From assembly GCA_035708265.1 (NCBI GenBank), contig DASSSV010000347.1:1-56630 (forward strand): DNA of 56,630 bases, written 5' to 3'. Numbering within the stretch: position 1 is the stretch's first letter; the number at the start of each line of letters is the position of its first letter. This document shows, in pieces, positions 18,156 through 26,235 of this stretch. The notes under the pieces were generated by a model. That model made no database searches. It was not told where the DNA came from and saw nothing but the letters and a program-made list of their open reading frames with translations. A program made the position numbers and the translations under genes. This stretch comes from Thermomicrobiales bacterium (GTDB lineage: Bacteria; Chloroflexota; Chloroflexia; Thermomicrobiales; CADCWN01).

Positions 18156-18713
18156 ATGAGCACGGCGCTGGCGCGCTACCGGATCTCGGCCGCGGAGTTC
18201 GCGCGGATGGGGGAGGCGGGCGTCTTCCCCGCCGAGCGGCGGCTGGAACTCGTGGACGGAGAGGTCGTCGAGATGAGCTCGATCGGCCCGCGCCACGGCA
18301 ATAGCGTGGCCAGCGCGACCGACGTGCTGGCCGGGCACCTGGCCGGGCGCTGGACTCTCCGCGTGCAGAGCCCCCTCCAGCTCGGACCGCACGACGTACC
18401 GCAGCCCGACTTGGCCCTCGTCACCCGTCGGAACTACGGCGACGCGCACCCCACGGCGGCTGATGCCCTGTTGGTGATCGAGGTAGCGGATACCTCGCTC
18501 CTCACCGACCGGCGGGACAAGTTGCCCCGCTACGCCGCCGCCGGCATCCCCGAAACCTGGCTCTTGGACCTTGCGGGCGGACGGTTAGAGCGGCACAGCG
18601 AGCCAGGGCTGGCCGGCTACCAGCAGGTGCAATCGGCCCGCCGCCGCGAGACTCTAGGCTCGACTGTACTGCCGGGCCTAACCTTCGATGTCACCGGACT
18701 ACTCGGCCCGTAG
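18156..18713 (+). CDS. Uma2 family (DUF820) putative endonuclease
   Basis: AEFARMGEAGVF....RLELVDGEVVEMS..G.RH...PDLALV...LVIEVADTS...D...K...YA.AGIPE.W is the typical Uma2 pattern. Confidence 0.75.
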   Translation: MSTALARYRISAAEFARMGEAGVFPAERRLELVDGEVVEMSSIGPRHGNSVASATDVLAGHLAGRWTLRVQSPLQLGPHDVPQPDLALVTRRNYGDAHPTAADALLVIEVADTSLLTDRRDKLPRYAAAGIPETWLLDLAGGRLERHSEPGLAGYQQVQSARRRETLGSTVLPGLTFDVTGLLGP

Positions 18714-18807
18714 TCACGCCATGGCCAAGCATCGCTAAGAGTGACGGGACCCCGGATCTCGTTGTCGGAGATATGCCACGGGGCGGCCGCCGCTTAGCGC
18801 TACGCCG

Positions 18808-19641
18808 CTACACCGGCAGGTGCCCGACGAAGAAGAGCACCTTCGCCACGATCTCGCCCGCCAGCACGACGCCGACGCCGACGTAGAGGAGGCCGGTCGC
18901 CGAGCGCATCGCGCGGATCCGCGTGGTGTGCCAGGCCAGCACCGCCAGGACGATCGGGAAGGCCAGCCCCATCGCGACGCGCACGCCGAGGATCAGGCCG
19001 TACTTGTGCAACAGGTCCGCGCCCTGCTGCGCGGCGGCCGGGAAGCCGACCTGCCCGAGATACACCGGTAGCGAGAGGAGCTGCCAGGCCAGCGCGGCGA
19101 AGAAGACGATCGTCATGTGCCGCAGCGGGCGCGGCGAGAGTTTCGGCGAAACGAGATACCAGTGGCCGAGCAGCATCCCGGTCATCGCGCCGCCGAGGAC
19201 GAGGCTGGCCGCCAGGAAGTTGACCACCGTGCCGAGCCCCGCCCACGGCGCCTGCCCGTAGGCCAGCCCGCCGCAGACGAGCGTCGCCACGCCGGCCGCC
19301 GCCGCCAGCCCGCCCGTTGCGCGCCGCCCGGCCCGCCAGCCGAACCAGGTCAGCGGGTTGTAGAGCCCCAGGAAGATCAGGAAGAACGTAAAGGCGCGTC
19401 CCTCGCGCCCGAGCCAGTCGAGGCGCACCCCGTACCCCGCCAGGGTCACATTGGCCGGGTACTGCGCGCGGATCCAGGCCGCGAAGAGCGCGAAGCCGAC
19501 GAAGATCAGCGCGCTCACCCCGAGGAACGCCCCGCTGACCTCGCCCTCGACGTCGCTGAGGAGCAGCACGAGGAACGAGCCGACGACCAGCTCGACCGTG
19601 AGGATGAAGAGCGCCAGCGGCAGTGCCTGGACCAGCGTCAT
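18808..19641 (-). CDS. Integral membrane protein (about 8 TM), function unknown
   Basis: Hydrophobic throughout. ATG 19641 (MTLVQALPL...) is preferred over the TTG at 19659. I recognise no family. Confidence 0.6.
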   Translation of the reverse strand: MTLVQALPLALFILTVELVVGSFLVLLLSDVEGEVSGAFLGVSALIFVGFALFAAWIRAQYPANVTLAGYGVRLDWLGREGRAFTFFLIFLGLYNPLTWFGWRAGRRATGGLAAAAGVATLVCGGLAYGQAPWAGLGTVVNFLAASLVLGGAMTGMLLGHWYLVSPKLSPRPLRHMTIVFFAALAWQLLSLPVYLGQVGFPAAAQQGADLLHKYGLILGVRVAMGLAFPIVLAVLAWHTTRIRAMRSATGLLYVGVGVVLAGEIVAKVLFFVGHLPV

Positions 19642-19679
19642 GGTGGTGTGCCTCAGCAATGCCCGATCGGTGTTGCCGA

Positions 19680-20002
19680 CTACGTGATTACAACGCGCAC
19701 GATCTCACCGGGCCGGAGCGTCGGCAAGACGGCCAGGATCTCCGCCGCGCATCGCCGCAGCGTGTCATGCCGGTTGTCCGGGGCGTCCAGCACGATCACC
19801 CCGAGAGACCTGTCCGCGACCCGCTGCTGATGCGGGAGGTTCTGATCGACCGTGATGAATGCGTCGAATTGGGCCTCGGCGAGCCGGAGCAATGCGCCAT
19901 TCTTCGTGCCCGCCCAGCCCATCTCCGCCACCGTCGCCACTTCATGACCGAGAAGATCGCGCTTGAACGGCCGCGGTGGCACTCGTCAAGCAGCACTCTC
20001 AT
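19680..20002 (-). pseudogene. DUF5615 PIN-like toxin gene with a frameshift at codon 7-8
   Basis: ATG 20002 gives MRVLLDE, and then the family-like sequence VPPRPFKRDLLGHEVATVAEMGWAGTKNGALLRLAE...FITVDQNL continues in another frame. The length of 323 nt is not a multiple of 3. This is consistent with loss of one G in GACGAG(G)TGCCA. Confidence 0.6.
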
Positions 20003-20210
20003 GGTACCCAGCAACGAGTTCCTTCAGTAGCGCGAGCACCGCCTGGGACTGCTGTCTCGTGACCGTCGGAAAATCGTCGAGAAACTCATCGAGGCTCTAC
20101 CCCGCAGCCAGGTAATCCAGCAACATCCGCACCGGGACGCGCGTGCCGGGGAATACCGGCACGCCGCCAAGGATCTCCGGATCGCGCGCGACGACCGCTT
20201 GCTCGTCCAT
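19986..20210 (-). pseudogene. DUF433 antitoxin gene interrupted by an in-frame TAG
   Basis: MDEQAVVARDPEILGGVPVFPGTRVPVRMLLDYLAAG, then TAG (20097-20099), then SLDEFLDDFPTVTRQQSQAVLALLKE... in the same frame. Family members usually have Glu at that position (from memory). Confidence 0.6.
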
Positions 20211-20324
20211 GGTACCTCTGCCTCGCCGTGAGCGGACGTCCGACACCGCAATACTAGCAAAAATCGCCGCGGCGCGCCGGAAACGGCAAGGGGCCGTATA
20301 ATAGCCACCAAGGAGGGGGGAGCG

Positions 20325-20510
20325 GTGTCGGAGCGCGCGCGCATCCTGAGCTGGTGGGTCTACGTGGCGGCCGTCGTCGCCATCTTCGAGATCACCTTCC
20401 TCAGCACCAACTTCGCCTACGCCGTCGGCGCGGCGCTCGCCAGCATCGTCGTCCTCGGCCTCGTGCTCAAGGCGGTCATCCGCGGCCTGACTCGCGGGCG
20501 GCCGCGGTAG
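20325..20510 (+). CDS. Small (61 aa) two-TM membrane protein, unknown function
   Basis: The GTG start is preceded by AAGGAGGGGGGAG, the same Shine-Dalgarno string as nuoA. A TATAAT at 20297-20302 lies upstream. Two hydrophobic segments. Confidence 0.5.
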   Translation: MSERARILSWWVYVAAVVAIFEITFLSTNFAYAVGAALASIVVLGLVLKAVIRGLTRGRPR

Positions 20511-20544
20511 CGATCTTGCGGCGCGGTCCCCGACGGCGCGGCGG

Positions 20545-20574
20545 TTGACACCCCCGCGCGAGATAGTAGATAAT
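20545..20574 (+). promoter_or_regulatory. Sigma-70-type promoter candidate for the nuo operon
   Basis: TTGACA (20545-20550), an 18-nt spacer, then GATAAT (20569-20574), about 54 nt upstream of the nuoA ATG. Confidence 0.5.
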
Positions 20575-20627
20575 TTCACAAGTTGGCCCCGGCCGCGCCG
20601 CGGCCGCCGGGCGGAAGGAGGGGGGAG

Positions 20628-20984
20628 ATGCTGGCGAGCTTCGTCCCGGTGGGGATCCTCTTCCTCATCGCCGCGGGCTTCGCCGCGCTGGTCCTCTGGC
20701 TCACCAGTTTCATGGGCCCCAAGGGGCTCAGCCCCGGCGCCGAGGAGACCTACGAGAGCGGCATCGTCCCCGAGGAGCCGGCCATCCGGCGCTTCCCCGT
20801 CCGCTTCGCGCTCATCGCCATGCTCTTCCTGGTCTTCGACATCGAGGCGGTCTTCTTCTACCCCTGGGCCGTCGTCTACAAGCAACTCGGCTGGTACGGC
20901 CTCGCCGAGATGCTGCTCTTCATCGCCATCCTGCTGATCGGCTACTTCTACGCCTACAAGAAAGGGGCGTTGAATTGGGAATAG
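20628..20984 (+). CDS. nuoA: NADH-quinone oxidoreductase subunit A
   Basis: ATG 20628 follows GGAAGGAGGGGGGAG. YESGI..., RF.V.F...A.LF.VFD.E..F.YPW is the NuoA signature. Confidence 0.9.
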   Translation: MLASFVPVGILFLIAAGFAALVLWLTSFMGPKGLSPGAEETYESGIVPEEPAIRRFPVRFALIAMLFLVFDIEAVFFYPWAVVYKQLGWYGLAEMLLFIAILLIGYFYAYKKGALNWE

Positions 20985-21520
20985 AGGCCCGACTCGCGAA
21001 ATCCGGCGCGCCCGGCGTCCTGCTCAGCAAGCTCGCCGACTGGGGCCGCGCCAACTCCCTCTGGCCGATGACCTTCGGCCTGGCCTGCTGCGCGATCGAG
21101 ATGATGGCGACCAGCGCCTCGCGCTACGATATGGCGCGCTTCGGCTCCGAGGTCTACCGCGCCTCACCGCGCCAGGCCGACCTGATGATCGTCTCGGGTC
21201 GCGTCTCGCAGAAGATGGCCCCGGTCATCCGCCAGCTCTACGACCAGATGCCCTCGCCCAAGTGGGTCATCGCCATGGGCGACTGCGCCTCCTGCGGCGG
21301 CATCTTCAACAACTACGCGATCGTCAACGGCGTCGACAAGGTCGTGCCGGTCGACGTCTACGTGCCGGGCTGCCCGCCGTGCCCCGAGGCGCTGCTGGAC
21401 GGCATCATCAAACTCCAGGCGAAGATCGCCACCGAGAGGCTGGGGGATCATGACCGCACCGACGGGGTCGCCGACGCCGGCGCCACCGAGCGAGACCTCG
21501 AGCGCGCCGCTACCGAATGA
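20975..21520 (+). CDS. nuoB: NADH-quinone oxidoreductase subunit B
   Basis: [25 protein letters not shown] and [10 protein letters not shown]. It has a TTG start and a ~25-aa C-terminal extension overlapping nuoC. Confidence 0.9.
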   Translation: MGIEARLAKSGAPGVLLSKLADWGRANSLWPMTFGLACCAIEMMATSASRYDMARFGSEVYRASPRQADLMIVSGRVSQKMAPVIRQLYDQMPSPKWVIAMGDCASCGGIFNNYAIVNGVDKVVPVDVYVPGCPPCPEALLDGIIKLQAKIATERLGDHDRTDGVADAGATERDLERAATE

Positions 21521-22139
21521 CGCCGCGGGCGACGTCGCGGCGATCGAGGGCGCGCGCGCCGCGCTCGGCGACGCCCTGCTCGACGCGATCGTCTTCCGCG
21601 GCGAGACGACCCTCGTCGTGGCGAAGGAGCGTATCCTCGACGCGCTGGTCTACCTGCGCGACGCCCCCGCCCTCCGCTACGACCGCCTGGCCGACCTGAC
21701 CGCGGTGGATTATCTGGACCTCGGCCGCGAGCCGCGCTTCGCCGTCGTCTACCACCTGATGTCGCGGCAGAGCTACCGGCGGCTGCGCCTGCGCGCCCCG
21801 GTGCCCGAGGACGAGCCCTTCATCGAATCGTGCGTCCCGCTCTACCCCTCGGCGAACTTCCTGGAGCGCGAAGCCTACGACATGTTCGGGATCGGCTTCC
21901 TCGGCCACCCGAACCTCACGCGCATCCTGACGCCGGAGGATTGGGTCGGCCACCCGCTGCGCAAGGACTTCCCGCTCGGCGGGGAGGAGGTGACCTTCTC
22001 CTTCAACCTCGCCGCGAAGGAGGAGGAGCGGCAAGTCCCGATCGAGGTCGGCGAGCCGCGCTATGGGGTGAGCGTGGAGACGCTCTTCCGCGGCGGCTAC
22101 GAGCCGGACGACAAGACACCGGGCGGGCGCGAGGAGTGA
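21450..22139 (+). CDS. nuoC: NADH-quinone oxidoreductase subunit C
   Basis: [31 protein letters not shown] and LRKDFPL. The start is uncertain: as drawn it overlaps nuoB by 71 nt. Confidence 0.85.
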   Translation: MTAPTGSPTPAPPSETSSAPLPNDAAGDVAAIEGARAALGDALLDAIVFRGETTLVVAKERILDALVYLRDAPALRYDRLADLTAVDYLDLGREPRFAVVYHLMSRQSYRRLRLRAPVPEDEPFIESCVPLYPSANFLEREAYDMFGIGFLGHPNLTRILTPEDWVGHPLRKDFPLGGEEVTFSFNLAAKEEERQVPIEVGEPRYGVSVETLFRGGYEPDDKTPGGREE

Positions 22140-22176
22140 CGCGCCGGGGCGACCCCGGAGCGAGGAGCCGGCGACG

Positions 22177-23385
22177 ATGGTGCAACAACTGACGAGCAAC
22201 GGCACGCAGGTGATGCTGACCGGCGACACCATGACGCTCAACATGGGGCCGCAGCACCCCAGCACGCACGGCGTCATGCGCCTGGTGCTCGACCTGGAGG
22301 GCGAGACGGTCGTCGGGTGCCGCCCGGTGATCGGCTACCTGCACACCGGGTTCGAGAAGACCTACGAGGCGAAGACCTACCTGCAGGGCGTCGTCCTGAC
22401 CGACCGAATGGACTACCTGGCGCCGCTGTCGAACAACCTCGGCTACGCGCTGACGGTGGAGAAGCTGCTCGACTGCCCGATCCCCGAGCGCGCGACGGTG
22501 ATCCGCGTGCTCCTGGCCGAGCTGACGCGCCTCAACAACCACCTGATCTGGCTCGGCACCCAGGCGCTCGACCTCGGCGCGATGAGCGTCTTCCTCTACT
22601 GCTTCCGCGAGCGCGAGGTGATCCTCGACCTCTTCGAGCTGATGAGCGGCGCGCGGATGATGACCAGCTTCATCCGCCCCGGCGGCCTGATGGCCGACCT
22701 GCCGCCCGGCTGGGTCGAGATCTGCGACCGCTTCATCCGCACCTTCCCCGAGCACATCGACGAGTACGAGTCGCTGCTGACGGAGAACGAGATCTTCCGC
22801 GAGCGGACGATCGGCGTCGGCAAGATTTCCACCGAGCAGGCGATCGCGCTCGACCTGACCGGGCCGAGTCTCCGCGGGTCGGGCGTGGAGTGGGACCTGC
22901 GCAAGCTGACGCCCTACTGCGGCTATGAGACTTACGACTTCGCGGTGCCGGTGCTGCATGGCGGCGACGTCTACGACCGCTACCTGGTGCGCATCGCGGA
23001 GATGCACGAGAGCACGCGGCTGGTGCGCCAGGCGCTCGACCGCCTGCCCGACGGCCCGGTGATGACGCCCGACCGCAAGGTCGCGATCCCGCCCCGCGCC
23101 GAGCTCGCCACCAGCATGGAAGCGCTGATCCACCATTTCAAGCTCGTCAGCGAGGGCTTTCGGCCGCCGGAGGGCGAGGTCTACGTCGGCATCGAGTCGC
23201 CCAAGGGCGAGATCGGCTACTACATCGTCAGCGACGGGGGCGGCAAGCCCTACCGGGTCCACGTCCGCGCGCCCTCGTTCGTCAACCTGCAGTCGCTACC
23301 GGTGATGGCGCAGGGCGACCTCGTCGCCGACCTCGTCGGGATCATCGGCAGCATCGACCCGGTCCTCGGGGAGATCGACCGGTGA
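22177..23385 (+). CDS. nuoD: NADH-quinone oxidoreductase subunit D
   Basis: NMGPQHPSTHGV.RL...L.GE, RIAEM.ES and GE.GYYIVSDGG.KPYR...RAPSF.NL. Confidence 0.95.
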   Translation: MVQQLTSNGTQVMLTGDTMTLNMGPQHPSTHGVMRLVLDLEGETVVGCRPVIGYLHTGFEKTYEAKTYLQGVVLTDRMDYLAPLSNNLGYALTVEKLLDCPIPERATVIRVLLAELTRLNNHLIWLGTQALDLGAMSVFLYCFREREVILDLFELMSGARMMTSFIRPGGLMADLPPGWVEICDRFIRTFPEHIDEYESLLTENEIFRERTIGVGKISTEQAIALDLTGPSLRGSGVEWDLRKLTPYCGYETYDFAVPVLHGGDVYDRYLVRIAEMHESTRLVRQALDRLPDGPVMTPDRKVAIPPRAELATSMEALIHHFKLVSEGFRPPEGEVYVGIESPKGEIGYYIVSDGGGKPYRVHVRAPSFVNLQSLPVMAQGDLVADLVGIIGSIDPVLGEIDR

Positions 23386-23452
23386 CGCGGCGCGCCGCCC
23401 GTAGCATGGCCCGGCCACCCACCGGTGGGTCGCCGGCAGGAGGAGCGCGGCG

Positions 23453-23725
23453 ATGATGAAGAACGGCGCCGATGGGCGCACACGGATTATCCGCGACCCC
23501 GAGACCATGGCTGGCAAGCCGGTCGTGAAGGGGACGCGGATCCCGGTGGCGTTGGTGCTCGGCCAGTTGGCACACAACCCGGATCTGGACGAGTTGTTCG
23601 CGGCCTACCCTCACCTGACGGTCGAGGACGTCAAGGCTTGCCTGGCCTACGCGCATGATTTGGTGGAGAGCGAATACAAACGCGCGGGGCGTGAGGCAGC
23701 CTCGGCAGCACCCGCGCAGGGATGA
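23453..23725 (+). CDS. DUF433 family antitoxin-like protein
   Basis: IIRDPETMAGKPVVKGTRIPVALVLGQLA......ELFAAYPHLTVEDVKACLAYA is the DUF433 pattern. A GGAGGAG Shine-Dalgarno is present. It sits inside the nuo operon between nuoD and nuoE. Confidence 0.75.
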   Translation: MMKNGADGRTRIIRDPETMAGKPVVKGTRIPVALVLGQLAHNPDLDELFAAYPHLTVEDVKACLAYAHDLVESEYKRAGREAASAAPAQG

Positions 23726-24078
23726 AGTTCCTGTAGGATGAGAGCGCCGATGCGCGCCTCGCGCCGTACCTGCGAGAGCAAGGGCACGACGTCGCCAGGC
23801 TGGCGACGGACTATCCCGCGGGCCTCGCCGATCCCGATGTCCTTCGCATCGCCGCTGCGGAGCAGCGTATCCTCATCACCAACGATCGGGATTTCGGAGA
23901 ACTCGTCTTCCGTCGGCGTCAGCCGCACACCGGTGTCATCTTGTTGCGACTGGGCGACTTCACCGACATCGCGGACGCGATCGAGCGGCTCGCCTACGTG
24001 CTCAGCCGCTACGCGGAGCAACTGGACCAGTTCCTGGTGGTAACGAGGCAGCGCGTACGAATCCGCCGAGCCTCGTGA
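23722..24078 (+). pseudogene. DUF5615 PIN-like toxin gene with an in-frame TAG at codon 5
   Basis: The ATG overlaps the antitoxin stop (ATGA). The frame reads MKFL-TAG(23734-23736)-DESADARLAPYLREQGHDVARLATDYPAGLADPDVLRIAAAEQRILITNDRDFGELVF..., 119 codons to TGA 24076-24078. The ORF track misses it because of the early stop. Confidence 0.6.
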
Positions 24079-24112
24079 GCCGGGACACAGGGCCGGCGTC
24101 ACAGGCACGGCC

Positions 24113-24121
24113 TGTTACAAT
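24113..24121 (+). promoter_or_regulatory. Possible extended -10 element (TGTTACAAT) upstream of nuoE
   Basis: A TGnTACAAT-like string lies 54 nt upstream of the nuoE ATG, just after the TA cassette. There is no convincing -35 element. Confidence 0.25.
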
Positions 24122-24174
24122 GTTCACAGAGTAGGGCGAGGCACCCGCCGCGCACCTGCGATGCGCCGATCGAG

Positions 24175-24789
24175 ATGAGGGACGACATGCCACTCGCGCC
24201 GGAGACCGTGGCGGAGATCGAGCGGATCAAGGCGGCGCTGCCCGAGCGCCGCTCGGCGCTGCTGCCTGCGCTGAAGGCGGCGCAGCGCGAGCGCGGCTGG
24301 CTGCCGCGCGAGACGATGGCCGAGGTGGCGGGCCTGCTCGACCTCGACCCGAACGCCGCCTACATGCTGGCGACCTTCTACACGATGCTGCACACCGAGC
24401 CGGTCGGCCACTACACGCTGGAGGTCTGCCGCAGCATCGTCTGCTACCTGCACGGCTGCGACGCGGTGATCGCGAAGATGCAGGAGGAACTCGGCGTCGA
24501 GGTCGGCGGCACCAGCGACGACGGCGTCTTCTCCCTCTTCACCGGCGAGTGCCTGGGCGACTGTCCGCACGCGCCGATGATGCGCGTCAACGAGGACTAC
24601 GTCGGGCCCCTCGCGCCTGAGACGGTCGGCGAGGTGCTGGACATCCTGCGCCGCCGCGCCGAGGAGGGCGGCGGCCGGCGCGTCGTGGGGCTGATGGCCG
24701 ACCCCGCGGCCGGGTCGCCGCCGAACGAGGGCCCGTTGACCTTCTCCGATAGTATCCGCGCCGAGCCGAAGAGCCGGGCGCGGGAGTAG
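24175..24789 (+). CDS. nuoE: NADH-quinone oxidoreductase subunit E
   Basis: LLPAL..AQ...GWL, EVC.S..C...G and the four 2Fe-2S Cys (CRSIVC...CLGDC). It has a C-terminal extension. Confidence 0.9.
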   Translation: MRDDMPLAPETVAEIERIKAALPERRSALLPALKAAQRERGWLPRETMAEVAGLLDLDPNAAYMLATFYTMLHTEPVGHYTLEVCRSIVCYLHGCDAVIAKMQEELGVEVGGTSDDGVFSLFTGECLGDCPHAPMMRVNEDYVGPLAPETVGEVLDILRRRAEEGGGRRVVGLMADPAAGSPPNEGPLTFSDSIRAEPKSRARE

Positions 24790-24797
24790 GGGCGACG

Positions 24798-26111
24798 ATG
24801 GCCGAGACGACGACAGAGCGCGGCGACGCACCGGTCCGCATCCTCACGCGCAACAGCGACGTGCCGAACATGGCCGACATCGAGGTCGCGGTGGCGCACG
24901 GCGCCTACCAGGGGCTCGCCAAGGCGCTGCGCGAGTACGAGCCGGCCCAGGTCACCGAGATCGTCAGCAACGCGACCCTCCTGGGGCGCGGCGGCGCCGG
25001 CTTCCCGGCCGGGCGCAAGTGGTCCTTCATCCCGAAGGCGCCGGGGCAGAAGTACCTGACGGTCAACGCCGACGAGAGCGAGCCGGGCACCTTCAGCAAC
25101 CGCGAGCTGATGGAGACCGACCCGCACCTCTTGCTGGAGGGCATCGCGCTCTGCTGCTACGCCGTCGGCATCTCGCAGGCGTTCATCTACATCCGCGGCG
25201 AGTACGCCTTCGCCGCCGCGCAGCTCGAGCGCGCCATCGCCGGCGCGACCGCGCAGCACTACCTCGGCGACAAGATCCTCGGCAGCGACTTCAGTTGTGC
25301 CGTCTTCGTCTTCCGCGGCGCGGGCGCCTACATCTGCGGCGAGGAGACGGCGCTCTTGGAGTCGATCGAGGGCAACCGCCCGATGCCGCGCTCCCGCCCC
25401 CCTTTCCCGGCCGTCGCCGGCCTCTACGGCAAGCCGACGGTGATCAACAACGTCGAGACGATCGCCAACGTGCCGCAGATCGTGCTCCACGGCGCCGACT
25501 GGTACAAGTCGTTCGGCACGCCGACGAGCCCGGGGACGAAGGTCTACTCGCTCAGCGGCCACGTCCGCCGGCCGGGCAACTACGAGCTGCCACTCGGCGT
25601 GCCGCTGCGCGAGCTGATCTACACCTACGGCGGCGGGGTGCCGGGCGACCGCCGGGTCAAGGCGGTGCTGCCGAGCGGCGCGGCCGCGCCGTGGGTGCCG
25701 GGCGACCAGCTCGACCTGCCGATGGACTACGACGCGCCGAAGAAGATCGGCACGATCCTCGGCTCGGCCTCGGTGATCGTGATGGACGAGTCGACCTCGA
25801 TCCCGCACGCGACGCTGCGCCTGATCGAGTTCTTCAACCACGAGTCCTGTGGCAAATGCACGCCCTGCCGCGAGGGCACGCTCTGGCTGGTCAAGACGAT
25901 GCGCCGCATTTGCGCGGACGAGGGCCTACCGGAAGACCTCGACCTCCTGGAGCGGGTCTGCGGCAACATCGGCGGGCGCGTTCTCTGCGCGCTGGGCGAC
26001 TTCGCGATCAGCCCGATCCTGAGCAGCCTCAAATACTTTCGCCACGAGTACGAGGCGCTGATCCCGGGCCTCGCCGCGGCCGAGCCCATCGCCGTCGCGG
26101 CGGACAAGTAA
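24798..26111 (+). CDS. nuoF: NADH-quinone oxidoreductase subunit F
   Basis: GRGGAGFPAGRKW, NADESEPGTF, ICGEETALLESIEG and ESCGKCTPCREG. Confidence 0.95.
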   Translation: MAETTTERGDAPVRILTRNSDVPNMADIEVAVAHGAYQGLAKALREYEPAQVTEIVSNATLLGRGGAGFPAGRKWSFIPKAPGQKYLTVNADESEPGTFSNRELMETDPHLLLEGIALCCYAVGISQAFIYIRGEYAFAAAQLERAIAGATAQHYLGDKILGSDFSCAVFVFRGAGAYICGEETALLESIEGNRPMPRSRPPFPAVAGLYGKPTVINNVETIANVPQIVLHGADWYKSFGTPTSPGTKVYSLSGHVRRPGNYELPLGVPLRELIYTYGGGVPGDRRVKAVLPSGAAAPWVPGDQLDLPMDYDAPKKIGTILGSASVIVMDESTSIPHATLRLIEFFNHESCGKCTPCREGTLWLVKTMRRICADEGLPEDLDLLERVCGNIGGRVLCALGDFAISPILSSLKYFRHEYEALIPGLAAAEPIAVAADK

Positions 26112-26121
26112 GGGAGACGAT

Positions 26122-26223
26122 TTCACCGCAGAGACGCAGAGAACGAGAGGGAGGACGAGGAGAGAAAAATGAAGAACATTGCTCTGCGTCCTCTCCTTCG
26201 TAACTCTGCGCCTCTGCGGTGAA
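26122..26223. repeat. Long palindromic element with TTCACCGCAGAG...CTCTGCGGTGAA termini
   Basis: The left arm TTCACCGCAGAGACGCAGAGAACGAGAGGGAGGACG pairs with the right arm CGTCCTCTCCTTCGTAACTCTGCGCCTCTGCGGTGAA. It fills the nuoF-nuoG gap. Confidence 0.85.
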
Positions 26224-26235
26224 TAGAGGGGAGCA

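Noticed and set aside
19975-19992. Other TGGCAC-containing strings considered as sigma-54 promoters, for example 19975 TGGCACTCGTCAAGCA, 4438, 11027, 27975 and 29090.
   Set aside because: The -12 element (TTGC) is missing or mis-spaced, and most are inside coding regions.
23734-23736. In-frame TAG codons considered as pyrrolysine or reassigned sense codons.
   Set aside because: TAG terminates several ordinary genes in the window. The expected residues at the three sites differ. No pylTSBCD-like genes or suppressor tRNA are seen here. Mutational bias towards TAG in GC3-rich genomes explains the pattern.
23647-24108. A 153-aa reverse ORF over the nuoD-nuoE cassette.
   Set aside because: It is antisense to the DUF5615 toxin frame, which has clear family similarity. 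No motifs or Shine-Dalgarno were found.
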